The position numbers were made by a program, and so were the translations under genes. DNA of 64,000 nt, taken from contig CAVSAC010000012.1 of assembly GCA_963725865.1 (NCBI GenBank), forward strand, positions 1,152,001-1,216,000. Direction: 5' to 3'. Source of the stretch: Candidatus Eiseniibacteriota bacterium (GTDB lineage: Bacteria; Eisenbacteria; RBG-16-71-46). The notes beneath the pieces were generated by a model that searched no databases, was not told where the DNA came from, and saw only the letters and a list, made by a program, of their open reading frames with translations. Numbering within the stretch: position 1 is the first letter of the stretch; each line of letters opens with the position of its first letter. Of the stretch, positions 10,179-19,436 are shown piece by piece.

Positions 10179-11294
10179 ATGTCGCGCATCCGTCCGCTCC
10201 TGATGGTCGTCGTCGCCGCGCTCCTGGCGGCTCCGCCCGCCTTCGCCACCAAGTACGCCGGGGAGTTCCTCAAGCTCCCGGTGGGCGCGCGCGCGATCGG
10301 CATGGGGGGCGCCTTCAGCGCGCTCTGCGACGACGCTTCGGCGGCGCACTGGAACCCCGCGGGGCTCGTCTACCTGCCCTACCGCGAGGTGATGTTCCAG
10401 CACGCCGAGGAGTTCGGTGGACTCGCCAACCACGACTACGTCGCCGGCGTATTCCCGCTCGGCGGCGAGAAGGGTCACGAGCAGGCGCTCGGCGTCTCGG
10501 TCACCCGCTTCGCGGTCGACGACATTCCGATCACTCCGCGGCGCGGCGGACTCGTGGCGGGTCGCGACTTCCTCGACTACGGCACCGACAACGATCCCAC
10601 CACGCCGGGCGGTGGACAGCAGAACGGCGTCTGGGATCCGGGCGAGCGGCTGCTGCTGACCAACGACGATCTGTTCCTCGCGAGCAGCTCCGACATGGCG
10701 CTGTCGCTTTCGTACGCACGGCACCGCGGCACCCACTGGGCGTTCGGCGGCAACCTCAAGTTCATCCGCCAGAGCATCCCGGACACGCTGCCGGGCGAGC
10801 ACGTGACCTCGTTCGGAGCCGGCATCGACGCCGGCATGCTCTACATGCCGACCGACGCGGTCACCGTCGGCGTGGTGGCGCGCGACCTCACGACCACCTA
10901 CCTGTCGTGGAGCAACGGCACGCGCGAGAAGATCTGGCCCACCGTGACCACCGGCGCGTCGGTCCAGTTCCAGCCGGCCGAGCGGCACATGCTGACGTTG
11001 GCTCTCGACCTCGGCTGGATGTTCGAGGACCGCACGGCTGACGGTCAGCTCCAGATGGGTGGCGTGACTGCCGACCTGAGTACCGGGCTCGAGTATTGGT
11101 ATCGCAGCACGCTTGCCCTGCGCGGCGGCGTGAACGGCAAGGACCTCGCATTCGGAGCCGGACTGCGCTACAAGCAGGTCGGCATCGACTACGCCGCCTC
11201 GCTGAACCGCTTCTTCGCCGCCGACGATCCCAACTATCCGTCGGATACGAACCTCGACGTCACCCACCTGGTGTCGCTCGGCGTGAACTGGTGA
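10179..11294 (+). CDS. PorV/PorQ-family (FadL-like) outer-membrane beta-barrel
   Basis: Signal peptide, then KYAGEFLKLPVGARAIGMGGAF...DDASAAHWNPAGL; alternating beta strands; C-terminal aromatic (SLGVNW). Confidence 0.8.
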   Translation: MSRIRPLLMVVVAALLAAPPAFATKYAGEFLKLPVGARAIGMGGAFSALCDDASAAHWNPAGLVYLPYREVMFQHAEEFGGLANHDYVAGVFPLGGEKGHEQALGVSVTRFAVDDIPITPRRGGLVAGRDFLDYGTDNDPTTPGGGQQNGVWDPGERLLLTNDDLFLASSSDMALSLSYARHRGTHWAFGGNLKFIRQSIPDTLPGEHVTSFGAGIDAGMLYMPTDAVTVGVVARDLTTTYLSWSNGTREKIWPTVTTGASVQFQPAERHMLTLALDLGWMFEDRTADGQLQMGGVTADLSTGLEYWYRSTLALRGGVNGKDLAFGAGLRYKQVGIDYAASLNRFFAADDPNYPSDTNLDVTHLVSLGVNW

Positions 11295-11313
11295 GCCAAC
11301 CCGCCGCCTGGGC

Positions 11314-11342
11314 TTGACACTCCGAGGCACGCTGCCTAGTGT
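11314..11342 (+). promoter_or_regulatory. sigma70-type promoter of the glgC pair
   Basis: TTGACA-N17-TAGTGT; SD-like AGGAGGGGAG before the GTG at 11397. Confidence 0.6.
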
Positions 11343-11396
11343 GCCTCGTTCTCAATCGTCCCGTACACGCAGACCTTCCAGCAGGAGGGGAGTCGG

Positions 11397-12656
11397 GTGC
11401 GTCAGACCCTGGCGATGGTGCTGTCCGGTGGCGGTGGTGAACGCCTCAGCGTGCTCTCGAGCGAGCGCGCCGTTGCCGCGCTGCCGTTCGGCGGCAAGTA
11501 CCGAGTCATCGACTTCACCCTGAGCAACTGCTGCCACTCCGGCATCGGTCGCGTCGGCGTCATCACCCAGCACGCGCCGACCTCGCTGCACGACCACATC
11601 GGCGCCGGCCGCCCGTGGGACCTCGACCGTCGCGGCGGGGGCGTGGTGATCCTGCAGCCGTACCTCACGCGCAGCCACGCCGGCTGGTACCGTGGGACCG
11701 GGGACGCGATCGTGCAGAACTGGGACGTCATCGACGACCACATGCCGCCGCGCGTGCTGATCCTGTCCGGGGATCACGTCTACCGCATGGACTATCGCGC
11801 CCTGCTGCTCACGCACCAGCAGGAGCGCGCCGCGGTCACCATCGCCGTCACCCGCGTGCCGCCCGAGCAGTCGCGGCGGTTCGGCATGGCGACCGTGAGC
11901 CGGGACGGCCGGATCACCGAGTTCGACGAGAAGCCCGAGCACGCCGAGACGCCGTTCGCGTCGATGGGCATCTACCTGTTCGAGACCGACGTGCTCGGCG
12001 ACATGCTGAAGGCCCAGCCGGTCGACATGGTGCTCGACGTCATCCGTCCGCTGATCGCACAGGGGCGCCGCGTGGTGGCGCACGAATTCAAGGGCTACTG
12101 GGAGGACGTCGGCACGGTCCGCACGTTCTACCGCTCCAACCTCGAGCTGCTTGCGCCCGAGCCGCGGCTGGTGCTGCACGACGCGCGCTGGCCGATCCTC
12201 ACACGCGACGAGGAGCGTCCGCCGGTACTGTTGCGCGACGGCGCGGTGGTGGACAACAGCCTGGTGGCCAATGGCGCGCGGGTCGCCGGCACGGTGCGCA
12301 ACTCGGTGATCTCGCCGGGCGTGCTCGTGAAGGCCGGCGCCGAGGTCGTCGACTCCATCCTGATGTCCGACGTCACGGTGGAACCCGGCGCGCGCATCGA
12401 GCGCGCGATCGTCGACAAGTACGCCACCGTGGGCGAGGGCGCGTGGGTGGGTGGGCCGCCCGCGTGCACCGACGACGAGCTGGCGTGGCTCGACGGGCTG
12501 GTGCTCGTGGGCAAGGACGCCGACGTGCCGCCCGGCACCCGCGTGCACGCACCGGCCGTGATCGGCATCGGCACCCGGGCGGGTCACTTCCTGGACGTCA
12601 CGCTGTCCGCTGGCACGATGCTCGAGAACCGGCTCTGGTACGAGGACCACGCATGA
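11397..12656 (+). CDS. ADP-glucose pyrophosphorylase-like subunit, divergent (GlgD-like)
   Basis: LSGGGGERL...RAVAALPFGGKYR, WYRGTGDA, LSGDHVYRMDY, FDEKP, YWEDVGT, beta-helix; Lys of the RAKPAV motif replaced. Confidence 0.8.
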   Translation: MRQTLAMVLSGGGGERLSVLSSERAVAALPFGGKYRVIDFTLSNCCHSGIGRVGVITQHAPTSLHDHIGAGRPWDLDRRGGGVVILQPYLTRSHAGWYRGTGDAIVQNWDVIDDHMPPRVLILSGDHVYRMDYRALLLTHQQERAAVTIAVTRVPPEQSRRFGMATVSRDGRITEFDEKPEHAETPFASMGIYLFETDVLGDMLKAQPVDMVLDVIRPLIAQGRRVVAHEFKGYWEDVGTVRTFYRSNLELLAPEPRLVLHDARWPILTRDEERPPVLLRDGAVVDNSLVANGARVAGTVRNSVISPGVLVKAGAEVVDSILMSDVTVEPGARIERAIVDKYATVGEGAWVGGPPACTDDELAWLDGLVLVGKDADVPPGTRVHAPAVIGIGTRAGHFLDVTLSAGTMLENRLWYEDHA

Positions 12657-13930
12657 GGTCGTCGCGTTACGCGTTCATCCTCGCCGGCGGCCTGGGCACC
12701 CGGCTGTGCCTGTTGTCGGAACGCCGCGCCAAACCGGCCGTGCCGTTCGGTGGCAAGTACCGCATCATCGACTTCACGCTCTCGAACTGCGTGAACTCCG
12801 GGCTCTACGACATCGGCGTCCTCACCCAATACCGCCCGACCTCGCTCAACCAGCACATCGGCACCGGACGCCCCTGGGACCTCGACCGCTCGCACGGCGG
12901 CGTGCAGATCCTGCAGCCCGCGCTGGGCTCGGTCCAGAGCGACTGGTACCAGGGCACCGCGGACGCCATCTATCGCAATCTGCTCCACCTGCGGCGGCGC
13001 CGCTGCGAACAAGTGCTGGTGCTCTCGGGCGACCACGTCTACAAGATGGACTACAACGTGCTGTTCGCGTTCCACCAGGCGAACCGCGCGCTGATGACGG
13101 TGGCCGTGACCGAGGTGCCCGAGGACATGGTGTCGTCGTTCGGCATCCTCGAGACCGACAAGGCCGGCCGCGTGGTCGCGTTCAACGAGAAGCCGCGCCA
13201 CACCTCGTCGCGACTCGCGTCGATGGGCGTCTACCTGTTCGACCGCGACGCGCTCATCAAGTGGCTGGTCGAGGACGCGACGCTCGCCGACTCCGCGCAC
13301 GACTTCGGCAAGGACCTGCTGCCCCGACTGGTCGAGCGCGGGGAGGGCGTGTACGCGTACCGCTTCCCGGCCTACTGGCAGGACGTGGGCACGCTCGACT
13401 CGTACTACGAGTCGAACATGGCGTTCCTGTCCGAGAATCCGCCGCTCAACCTCAGCGATCCGGAGTGGGTGATCCACACCCAGAGCGCGGACCGGCCGCC
13501 GGTCCGCTTCGAGCCGGGCGCGCGCGTGGGCCGCAACCTGATCGCAAACGGCTGCCGGATCGCCGGCGAGGTGGTGCGCTCGGTGCTGTTCCCGGGCGTG
13601 ACGGTGGCGGCCGGCGCCGTCGTTCACGACAGCATCATCATGCACGACACGATCGTGGGCCGGGACGCGGTGATCGACCGGGCGATCCTCGACAAGAACG
13701 TGCGGGTGGGGGACGGCGTCCAGGTCGGCGTCGGCGGCGAGACCATCCCGAATCGCGCCTGCCCCGATCACCTCTCCAGCGGACTCACCCTGGTGGGCAA
13801 GAGCGCGATCCTGCCCGAGGGTCTCACGATCGGGCGCAACGTGCGCATCGGCGCCCACGTCACGCGCGAGGACTTCGCCAACGACGTGCCGTCGGGCGGG
13901 GTCGTCGACGGGCCGGAGTCGATGCACTGA
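12653..13930 (+). CDS. glgC: Glucose-1-phosphate adenylyltransferase
   Basis: ATGA overlap; LAGGLGTRL...[49 protein letters not shown]. Confidence 0.93.
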   Translation: MRSSRYAFILAGGLGTRLCLLSERRAKPAVPFGGKYRIIDFTLSNCVNSGLYDIGVLTQYRPTSLNQHIGTGRPWDLDRSHGGVQILQPALGSVQSDWYQGTADAIYRNLLHLRRRRCEQVLVLSGDHVYKMDYNVLFAFHQANRALMTVAVTEVPEDMVSSFGILETDKAGRVVAFNEKPRHTSSRLASMGVYLFDRDALIKWLVEDATLADSAHDFGKDLLPRLVERGEGVYAYRFPAYWQDVGTLDSYYESNMAFLSENPPLNLSDPEWVIHTQSADRPPVRFEPGARVGRNLIANGCRIAGEVVRSVLFPGVTVAAGAVVHDSIIMHDTIVGRDAVIDRAILDKNVRVGDGVQVGVGGETIPNRACPDHLSSGLTLVGKSAILPEGLTIGRNVRIGAHVTREDFANDVPSGGVVDGPESMH

Positions 13931-13949
13931 CGCGCTGCGCCCCGGATGC

Positions 13950-13985
13950 CAACGGCCCGGTCTCCACGCGGAGACCGGGCCGTTG
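13950..13985. terminator. Perfect 16-bp hairpin between convergent genes, probable bidirectional terminator
   Basis: CAACGGCCCGGTCTCC-ACGC-GGAGACCGGGCCGTTG; no U-tract on either side. Confidence 0.7.
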
Positions 13986-14005
13986 CGTGTCCGAACGGTC
14001 GCCGG

Positions 14006-15856
14006 TCAGGCCGGCAGGCGCAGACGCTGGCCCGCGCGCACCCGGTCCCCACTCAGCCCGTTCGCCTGCTTGAGGGCGCGCAGGGTCACGCCGTGTTGGC
14101 GCGCGATCTCGCTCAGCGTCTGGCCCGCGCGCACGACGTGCACCCCGTGACCTGCGCGGGTGCCGTGCCGCGGCCGCGCCGCCGGCACGTGGAGCGCCGC
14201 GATGCGCGCGCTGTCCGCGGTGCTCTCGGCCATCGCCGCTTCGCCGGTGCGAATCTTCAGCCGCGTGCCGCGGTGCACCGTGGTGGTCTTGAGGCGGTTC
14301 CAGCGGCGGATGTCCGCGACCGACACGCCGTAACGCTCGGCGATCGAGGAGAGCGTCTCGCCGCGCCGCACGGTGATGGTGCTGCGTCCCTCGGCGTTCG
14401 ACTCGGCCCCGAGCGAGGTCATCGGACGGATCGCGCGCGGCGGGACGTATGCGGTCGAGGCGCGCGGGTCGTCGCGCTCGAGGATCTCCGGCGCCGGCGC
14501 GCGCAGCGACGCGGGCACCGTGAGCGTTGTGCCGCGCTGCAGCGGGCGCTTGCGACCGATGCCATTCGCGAGCGCCAGTTGCCGCGCGCTGACCCCGTAG
14601 TGACTCGCGATGCTGGAGAGCGTCTCGCCGCGCTGCACACGGTGGGAGAGTGTGAGATCGACCGCGGGCAGCGCGCCGCCCTCGCGGATGCGCTGCATCA
14701 GCGCCTCGCCCTTGCCGGGGGGCACGCGCACCACGGTCACGCCGTCGCGACCGCGCACCGCGTGCGTGCGGACCGCGGGGTTGAGGTCGCGCAGCTCTTC
14801 GTAGCGGCACTCGGCCAGCTTCGCGAGCGCACGCAGGTCCACCGCGCCCCGGAGCGCGACTTCGTCGAACTCGATCGGATCGTCCAGCTCGACCTCGTCG
14901 AAGCCGTACTTCTTCGGGTCGCGCGCGATCGCCAGCACCGCCATGAACTGCGGCACGTAGTCCTCGGTCTGGCGCGGCAGCTTGAGGTCCCAGTAGTTGG
15001 TCGTGCCCTGGGCCTTGATGGCGCGCAGCACGGTGCCCTCGCCCGCGTTGTAGGACGCGAGCGCGAGCGGCCAGTCGCCGAAGATCGAGTACAGGTGCTT
15101 GAGGTAGCGGGCCGCAGCGACGGTGGACTTCTCGGGGTCCTTGCGCTCGTCCACCCAGCGATCCACGGTCAGGCCGAACAGCTTCGCGGTGCCGCTCAGG
15201 AACTGCCACGGCCCGACGGCGGCCGACACCGAGCGCGCATTGACGTTGAAGCCGCTCTCGACGAACACCAGGTGGACGAGGTCCGGCGGCAGGCCCTCCT
15301 GCTGGAGCACGCCGCGGAACATCGTCATGTACTTGCCGGAGCGCTTGAGCCAGCGCTCGAACGTGGAGCGGCCGGCGCCGGTGAAGAAGTCGATGTAGCG
15401 ATACACGTCGTCGTTGTACTGCGGCGTGATCTCCTCGACGGCGGGGGCGTTGAGCACCGCGTCGTCGGCCTCGTTGCCCACGGCATTCGCGGCGCTCGCG
15501 GAGCGCGCGTCCCGCTGCGCGGCGTCGCGCAGCGCGGCGAGCCGGGACTGCAGATCCACCAGTTCGCGGCGCTGCGCGGCGTCGGGGTCCGCCGCGATCG
15601 CGGCGATGATGCGCACCAGCCCGCTGTCGGCGGTCGCGACCGCGACGCCGAAGGCGCCCGTCTGGCGCTGGTTCCAGGCCCGCTCGTAGGCGTCGCGGGC
15701 CGCCCACACGGCGGGGGGAAGCAGCGCCGAGGGCGCGATCGCCGCCGAATCCGCACCTGCCGCGGCCCGCGCCGGGGCACTCTGGGCCCGGACGGCGGGG
15801 GGCAGCATGAGGAGTCCGGCGACCACGAGGGTCGCCAGGGTGGGGCGAACAGCCAC
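14006..15856 (-). CDS. mltD: MltD-like lytic murein transglycosylase with three LysM domains
   Basis: Signal peptide; SLT motifs LVFVESGF, AVGPWQF, DERKDPEKST, LASYNAGEG; three LysM repeats (VQRGETLSSIA, VRRGETLSSIA, VRAGQTLSEIA). Confidence 0.88.
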   Translation of the reverse strand: MAVRPTLATLVVAGLLMLPPAVRAQSAPARAAAGADSAAIAPSALLPPAVWAARDAYERAWNQRQTGAFGVAVATADSGLVRIIAAIAADPDAAQRRELVDLQSRLAALRDAAQRDARSASAANAVGNEADDAVLNAPAVEEITPQYNDDVYRYIDFFTGAGRSTFERWLKRSGKYMTMFRGVLQQEGLPPDLVHLVFVESGFNVNARSVSAAVGPWQFLSGTAKLFGLTVDRWVDERKDPEKSTVAAARYLKHLYSIFGDWPLALASYNAGEGTVLRAIKAQGTTNYWDLKLPRQTEDYVPQFMAVLAIARDPKKYGFDEVELDDPIEFDEVALRGAVDLRALAKLAECRYEELRDLNPAVRTHAVRGRDGVTVVRVPPGKGEALMQRIREGGALPAVDLTLSHRVQRGETLSSIASHYGVSARQLALANGIGRKRPLQRGTTLTVPASLRAPAPEILERDDPRASTAYVPPRAIRPMTSLGAESNAEGRSTITVRRGETLSSIAERYGVSVADIRRWNRLKTTTVHRGTRLKIRTGEAAMAESTADSARIAALHVPAARPRHGTRAGHGVHVVRAGQTLSEIARQHGVTLRALKQANGLSGDRVRAGQRLRLPA

Positions 15857-16023
15857 GAATGTACCTCCGAAGGTCGAAGGACCCTGCCTGGGGCGGTACC
15901 GAACCGGGCGAAGCTACCCGCGCGGCATGCAAGATGCAACCGCTGGGATCGACCGCGCTCTGCCACGACATCCCAAGGGTCGTTGCGCCATCACGCCGCG
16001 GCCCTCCGGATACTCTGGCTTCG

Positions 16024-16038
16024 GCAAGAGCTGTGCCA
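16024..16038 (-). promoter_or_regulatory. sigma54 (RpoN) -24/-12 promoter facing mltD
   Basis: Minus strand TGGCAC-AGCTC-TTGC, an exact TGGCAC-N5-TTGC match, about 170 nt upstream of the mltD start. Confidence 0.65.
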
Positions 16039-16053
16039 CAAGTCCTCGAATCG

Positions 16054-16082
16054 TTGACACTTGCGGGAGGTTTGGATAGCGT
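16054..16082 (+). promoter_or_regulatory. sigma70-type promoter
   Basis: TTGACA-N17-TAGCGT; SD AAGGAG before ATG 16143. Confidence 0.6.
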
Positions 16083-16142
16083 GGGCCGTGACCACAGGCT
16101 GGATCACATCCTCGTGGCAGCTGCCGGGGAAGGAGCCCCTCG

Positions 16143-19100
16143 ATGAACCGCGCCCTCGCCACCACGACTCGATGGATGGTTTCTACCCGCGCGGACGGTG
16201 AAGTTCTCACCGCCGGCGCGGGCTCGGACGACCTCGAGTTCACAGTCGTCGGTTTCCCGGATCGATTCACGCCCGAGGAGATCGCCGGCTGGCTGAACGA
16301 CCTGACCGGGGTCGCCCGCGAGACCGCCCAGGGCGACAGCTCTGCCCGCACCATCCCGCCACTCCTGCACCACGCGCTCACGGGGCTGCTCTTCTCCCAT
16401 GCCGAGCTGTGGGAGAGCGATGGCATCACCCGCCCGTGCTCCGCCGCCTTCGTCTCGATCGGGGATCAGGTCGCCTTCGGCTGGGTCGGCGAGGCGCTGC
16501 CCGAGGTGTGGATCGACGAGGGTCCGCTGGTCGAGGTCTACACCCGCGTGCGCGACGACGAAGGGCGCGAAGCGCTCGGCATCGCGTTCCCCGCCAGCCG
16601 CCGCGTGCGCGTGCGCCTGAGCTGGTCCACGCTGCCGGGCGCCACCGATGCGCCGTCGGGCACTGTCGAAGCCGAGTGGGCGGGAACGTTCTCGCCGCTC
16701 GAGGAGTCGCTCGCGATGGACACCCTGGCGGTCTCGGCGCTGGTCAGCTCCGACGCACCGGCGAGTGAGTCGCCGCGCCCCGAGCCGGTCGCGCGCCAGA
16801 CGGACGCGCCGGAAGTCGCGCCGGCGATCGTGCCTATTGTGCCTGCGGCGCGTGCGGCCCGTGCGCCCGATGCGCTCTCCGAGTGGCCGCTCGAGTCGCC
16901 CGCGAAGCGCGGGTTCTTCGGTCGCATCCGCACGTGGCTGCGGCGCGCGCGGCCGGAGGATGCGCAGGAGTTCGCCTCCACCCTCGAGGCGCCGGCCGAC
17001 GAGAGTGGAACCGAGATGCCGACGCCGATCGCGCCGATCGCGCCGATCGCGCAGGCCACGCCGACCGCACCGATCGCGCCACCGGTCGCCGCGCCGCCTC
17101 GGAATGCCCCATCGCCGATGCTGACCGCGGATGACGTCGAGGTGTCGCCGCCGGACCTTCACGAGTTGCTGTACCCGCAGACGCCGGCGCCGCCGGCGTT
17201 GGCGGGAGGGAAGGACGCGATCGAGGATCCACATGTGCGCGTGCTGGGGCCCAACGCTCCGCCGCCCGCGCGTCCGGTGTTGCACGTGCCAAGCGTCGCG
17301 CCGCCCGCGTCGAGCGGCCCGCCCCGGCTGCACGTGACACGGGTCACCGAGGACGCCGACGCCGTGCTCGCCGAGCCCCCCGCACGGATGCCAGGACCGC
17401 CTCCCCTGCCGCGGCCGACGCCGACTGCCGAGAGCACTCCGTTCGAGCCACCGGCGCCCGCCTCGCCCGACCACGTCATCGAACTCGACCCGCGGATCGA
17501 GCCCGCGCTCTGGGAACCTCCGTCGTCGATGATCGCGGATCAGAGCGCGCAGCCGTCCGAGGAAGAGGCGTTGGCGGCCGCGCTCGCCGCGCTCGCCGCC
17601 GAGACCGCCACGCCGCCGGCCGCCGCGGCGCCGCCCGCACCGCCGGCGCCACCGACGCCCGCGCCGCCGCGCACGCCCTCGCTCGCGACCTCGGAGTCGA
17701 TGCGCGCCGTGCTCGCCGCGCGTGCCGCCGCACGTTCGGCCTCGGATCCCGACATCGAGCCGATCGGGTCGTGGCCGGCGCCGAGTGCGCCGCCGCTGCC
17801 GACCGTCGCGCCACCCGCCGCGCCGCCGCGGGACTTCACACGCTCGACCGCGGATTCCGACTTCGAGCCGATCGGCGCGTGGTCGCCGCCGCCGCCGGCC
17901 GCGACTGCGCCGCCGCGTGCCGCCGCGCCGCCGCGTGCCACCGCGCTGCCGCCGGCCGTCACTGCGCCGCCGCGTGCCACCGCGCCGCCGCCGCCGGCCG
18001 CGACGGCGCCGCCGCGTGCCACCGCGCCGCCTCCGCCAATTGCCGCCGCGCCGGCGCGCGCGGCGTCCGCACCGCCCGCGCCCATCGACGAGGCCGCGGC
18101 CGTCCCGCCGCCGGTGGAACGCGTTCCGCTGCGACCGGAGTGGCCGAGCGAGGACCAGCTGCAGGCGCCGGAGCCGCTGTGGAAGCGGCCCTGGGTCTGG
18201 ATCGCCGCCGTGGTGGCGCTGTTCATCGGCGGCTGGCTGGTCGGCGGAATGTCGCAAGGCGGTTCGCGCACGCCGCGACCGAATCCCTTCGTCGCCCTGG
18301 CGCGCGGCTTCGGCCTCGGCGGCGCGCGCTACGACGTGATGGTGAACAGCCGCCCCGCCGGCGCGTGGATCGCCGTCGACGGCAAGGATCTCGCGCGCCG
18401 CACGCCGGCCACCATCGACCTGCCGCCCGGCGAGCACACCGTGACGCTCTCGCTCACCGACCTGGGCGGGACCGACATCCAGGTGCGTGGGCAGCGCGGC
18501 GACCGGGTGGCGATCGACGCGCCGCTGTGGGGCACGCTCGACGTCTACGCGGCCGATGGCGCCCCGCCGGTCACGGTGACGTTCGATGGTCGCGAGGTGG
18601 GATTCGCGCCTGTGCACCTCGACAGCGTGCAGCCGGGCGCGCACGACCTGCGCTTCTCGGGGCCCGGCATGCCGGCATGGGGCCAGCCGGTCGAGGTGCG
18701 GATCGCGCAGAAGGCCGAGGTGGTGGCGCGCCCCATGACGTCGCCCGCGACCGGCGTGATCGAGGTGCGCGCGAGCATCACGGATGACGAGGGCACGCGG
18801 TCGCTGTCGAACGCGGCGGTGTTCGTCGACGGCGAGCCGCGTGGCTCCACGCCGCTCTCGCTCGAGCTGCCGCGCGGTCCGCACAGCGTGCGCGTGACCT
18901 ACCGCGACCAGAGCGCGCCGGTGCAGGTCATCGACCTGCCGGGGGGCAACCAGCGCTTCGCCAATTTCGAGCTGGGCGTCGGCGCCGGCGGCCCACGGCT
19001 CGCCGCGGTCGGCGGAACGCAGCGCTTCGCGATCGGCAGCGCGGCGACGGTGTCGGCCAGCCTCGACGGCGTGAGCTCGACCGACGCGCGCGAGATGTGG

Positions 19101-19310
19101 CTGCACGTGCGCACGCCCGAGGGGGCGTGGCGGCGCTACCAGATGGCGCTGCTCAAGTCGCCGACGGGCGTGGTGGGGGTGGCGGTGTTCCCGAGCCAGC
19201 TCTTCGACCCCGGCAGCCGGGCGCGCTGGTACGCCAGCGCCACGGTGTCGACCGGCGACGAGTACTTCACCGAGATCCTGAACGCCGAGATCGTCGCCGC
19301 GCCGCGCTGA
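16143..19310 (+). CDS. Bitopic membrane protein: N-terminal globular domain, long Pro/Ala linker, TM helix, PEGA domains
   Basis: TM PWVWIAAVVALFIGGWLVGG; PEGA-like repeats (VNSRPAGAWIAVDG...TPATIDLPPGEHTV; FDGREVGFAP; VFVDGEPRGSTPLSLELPRGPHSV). Confidence 0.8.
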   Translation: MNRALATTTRWMVSTRADGEVLTAGAGSDDLEFTVVGFPDRFTPEEIAGWLNDLTGVARETAQGDSSARTIPPLLHHALTGLLFSHAELWESDGITRPCSAAFVSIGDQVAFGWVGEALPEVWIDEGPLVEVYTRVRDDEGREALGIAFPASRRVRVRLSWSTLPGATDAPSGTVEAEWAGTFSPLEESLAMDTLAVSALVSSDAPASESPRPEPVARQTDAPEVAPAIVPIVPAARAARAPDALSEWPLESPAKRGFFGRIRTWLRRARPEDAQEFASTLEAPADESGTEMPTPIAPIAPIAQATPTAPIAPPVAAPPRNAPSPMLTADDVEVSPPDLHELLYPQTPAPPALAGGKDAIEDPHVRVLGPNAPPPARPVLHVPSVAPPASSGPPRLHVTRVTEDADAVLAEPPARMPGPPPLPRPTPTAESTPFEPPAPASPDHVIELDPRIEPALWEPPSSMIADQSAQPSEEEALAAALAALAAETATPPAAAAPPAPPAPPTPAPPRTPSLATSESMRAVLAARAAARSASDPDIEPIGSWPAPSAPPLPTVAPPAAPPRDFTRSTADSDFEPIGAWSPPPPAATAPPRAAAPPRATALPPAVTAPPRATAPPPPAATAPPRATAPPPPIAAAPARAASAPPAPIDEAAAVPPPVERVPLRPEWPSEDQLQAPEPLWKRPWVWIAAVVALFIGGWLVGGMSQGGSRTPRPNPFVALARGFGLGGARYDVMVNSRPAGAWIAVDGKDLARRTPATIDLPPGEHTVTLSLTDLGGTDIQVRGQRGDRVAIDAPLWGTLDVYAADGAPPVTVTFDGREVGFAPVHLDSVQPGAHDLRFSGPGMPAWGQPVEVRIAQKAEVVARPMTSPATGVIEVRASITDDEGTRSLSNAAVFVDGEPRGSTPLSLELPRGPHSVRVTYRDQSAPVQVIDLPGGNQRFANFELGVGAGGPRLAAVGGTQRFAIGSAATVSASLDGVSSTDAREMWLHVRTPEGAWRRYQMALLKSPTGVVGVAVFPSQLFDPGSRARWYASATVSTGDEYFTEILNAEIVAAPR
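17881..18040 (+). repeat. Tandem ATAPPR/APPPPA coding repeats
   Basis: Recurring gcgccgccgcgtgccaccgcg units in the linker of the PEGA protein. Confidence 0.7.
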
Positions 19311-19436
19311 CGCCGACGCCGACGCTTGCGGAGCCGGGCCCGTCCACGCCGTGGACGGGCCCGCCGCTTGGCGGGCGCGCAACTCGCGCCGCGGCGGCCG
19401 TGCCGGCTGGCACGGCTCTTCCGCCGCCCGCGTGGC

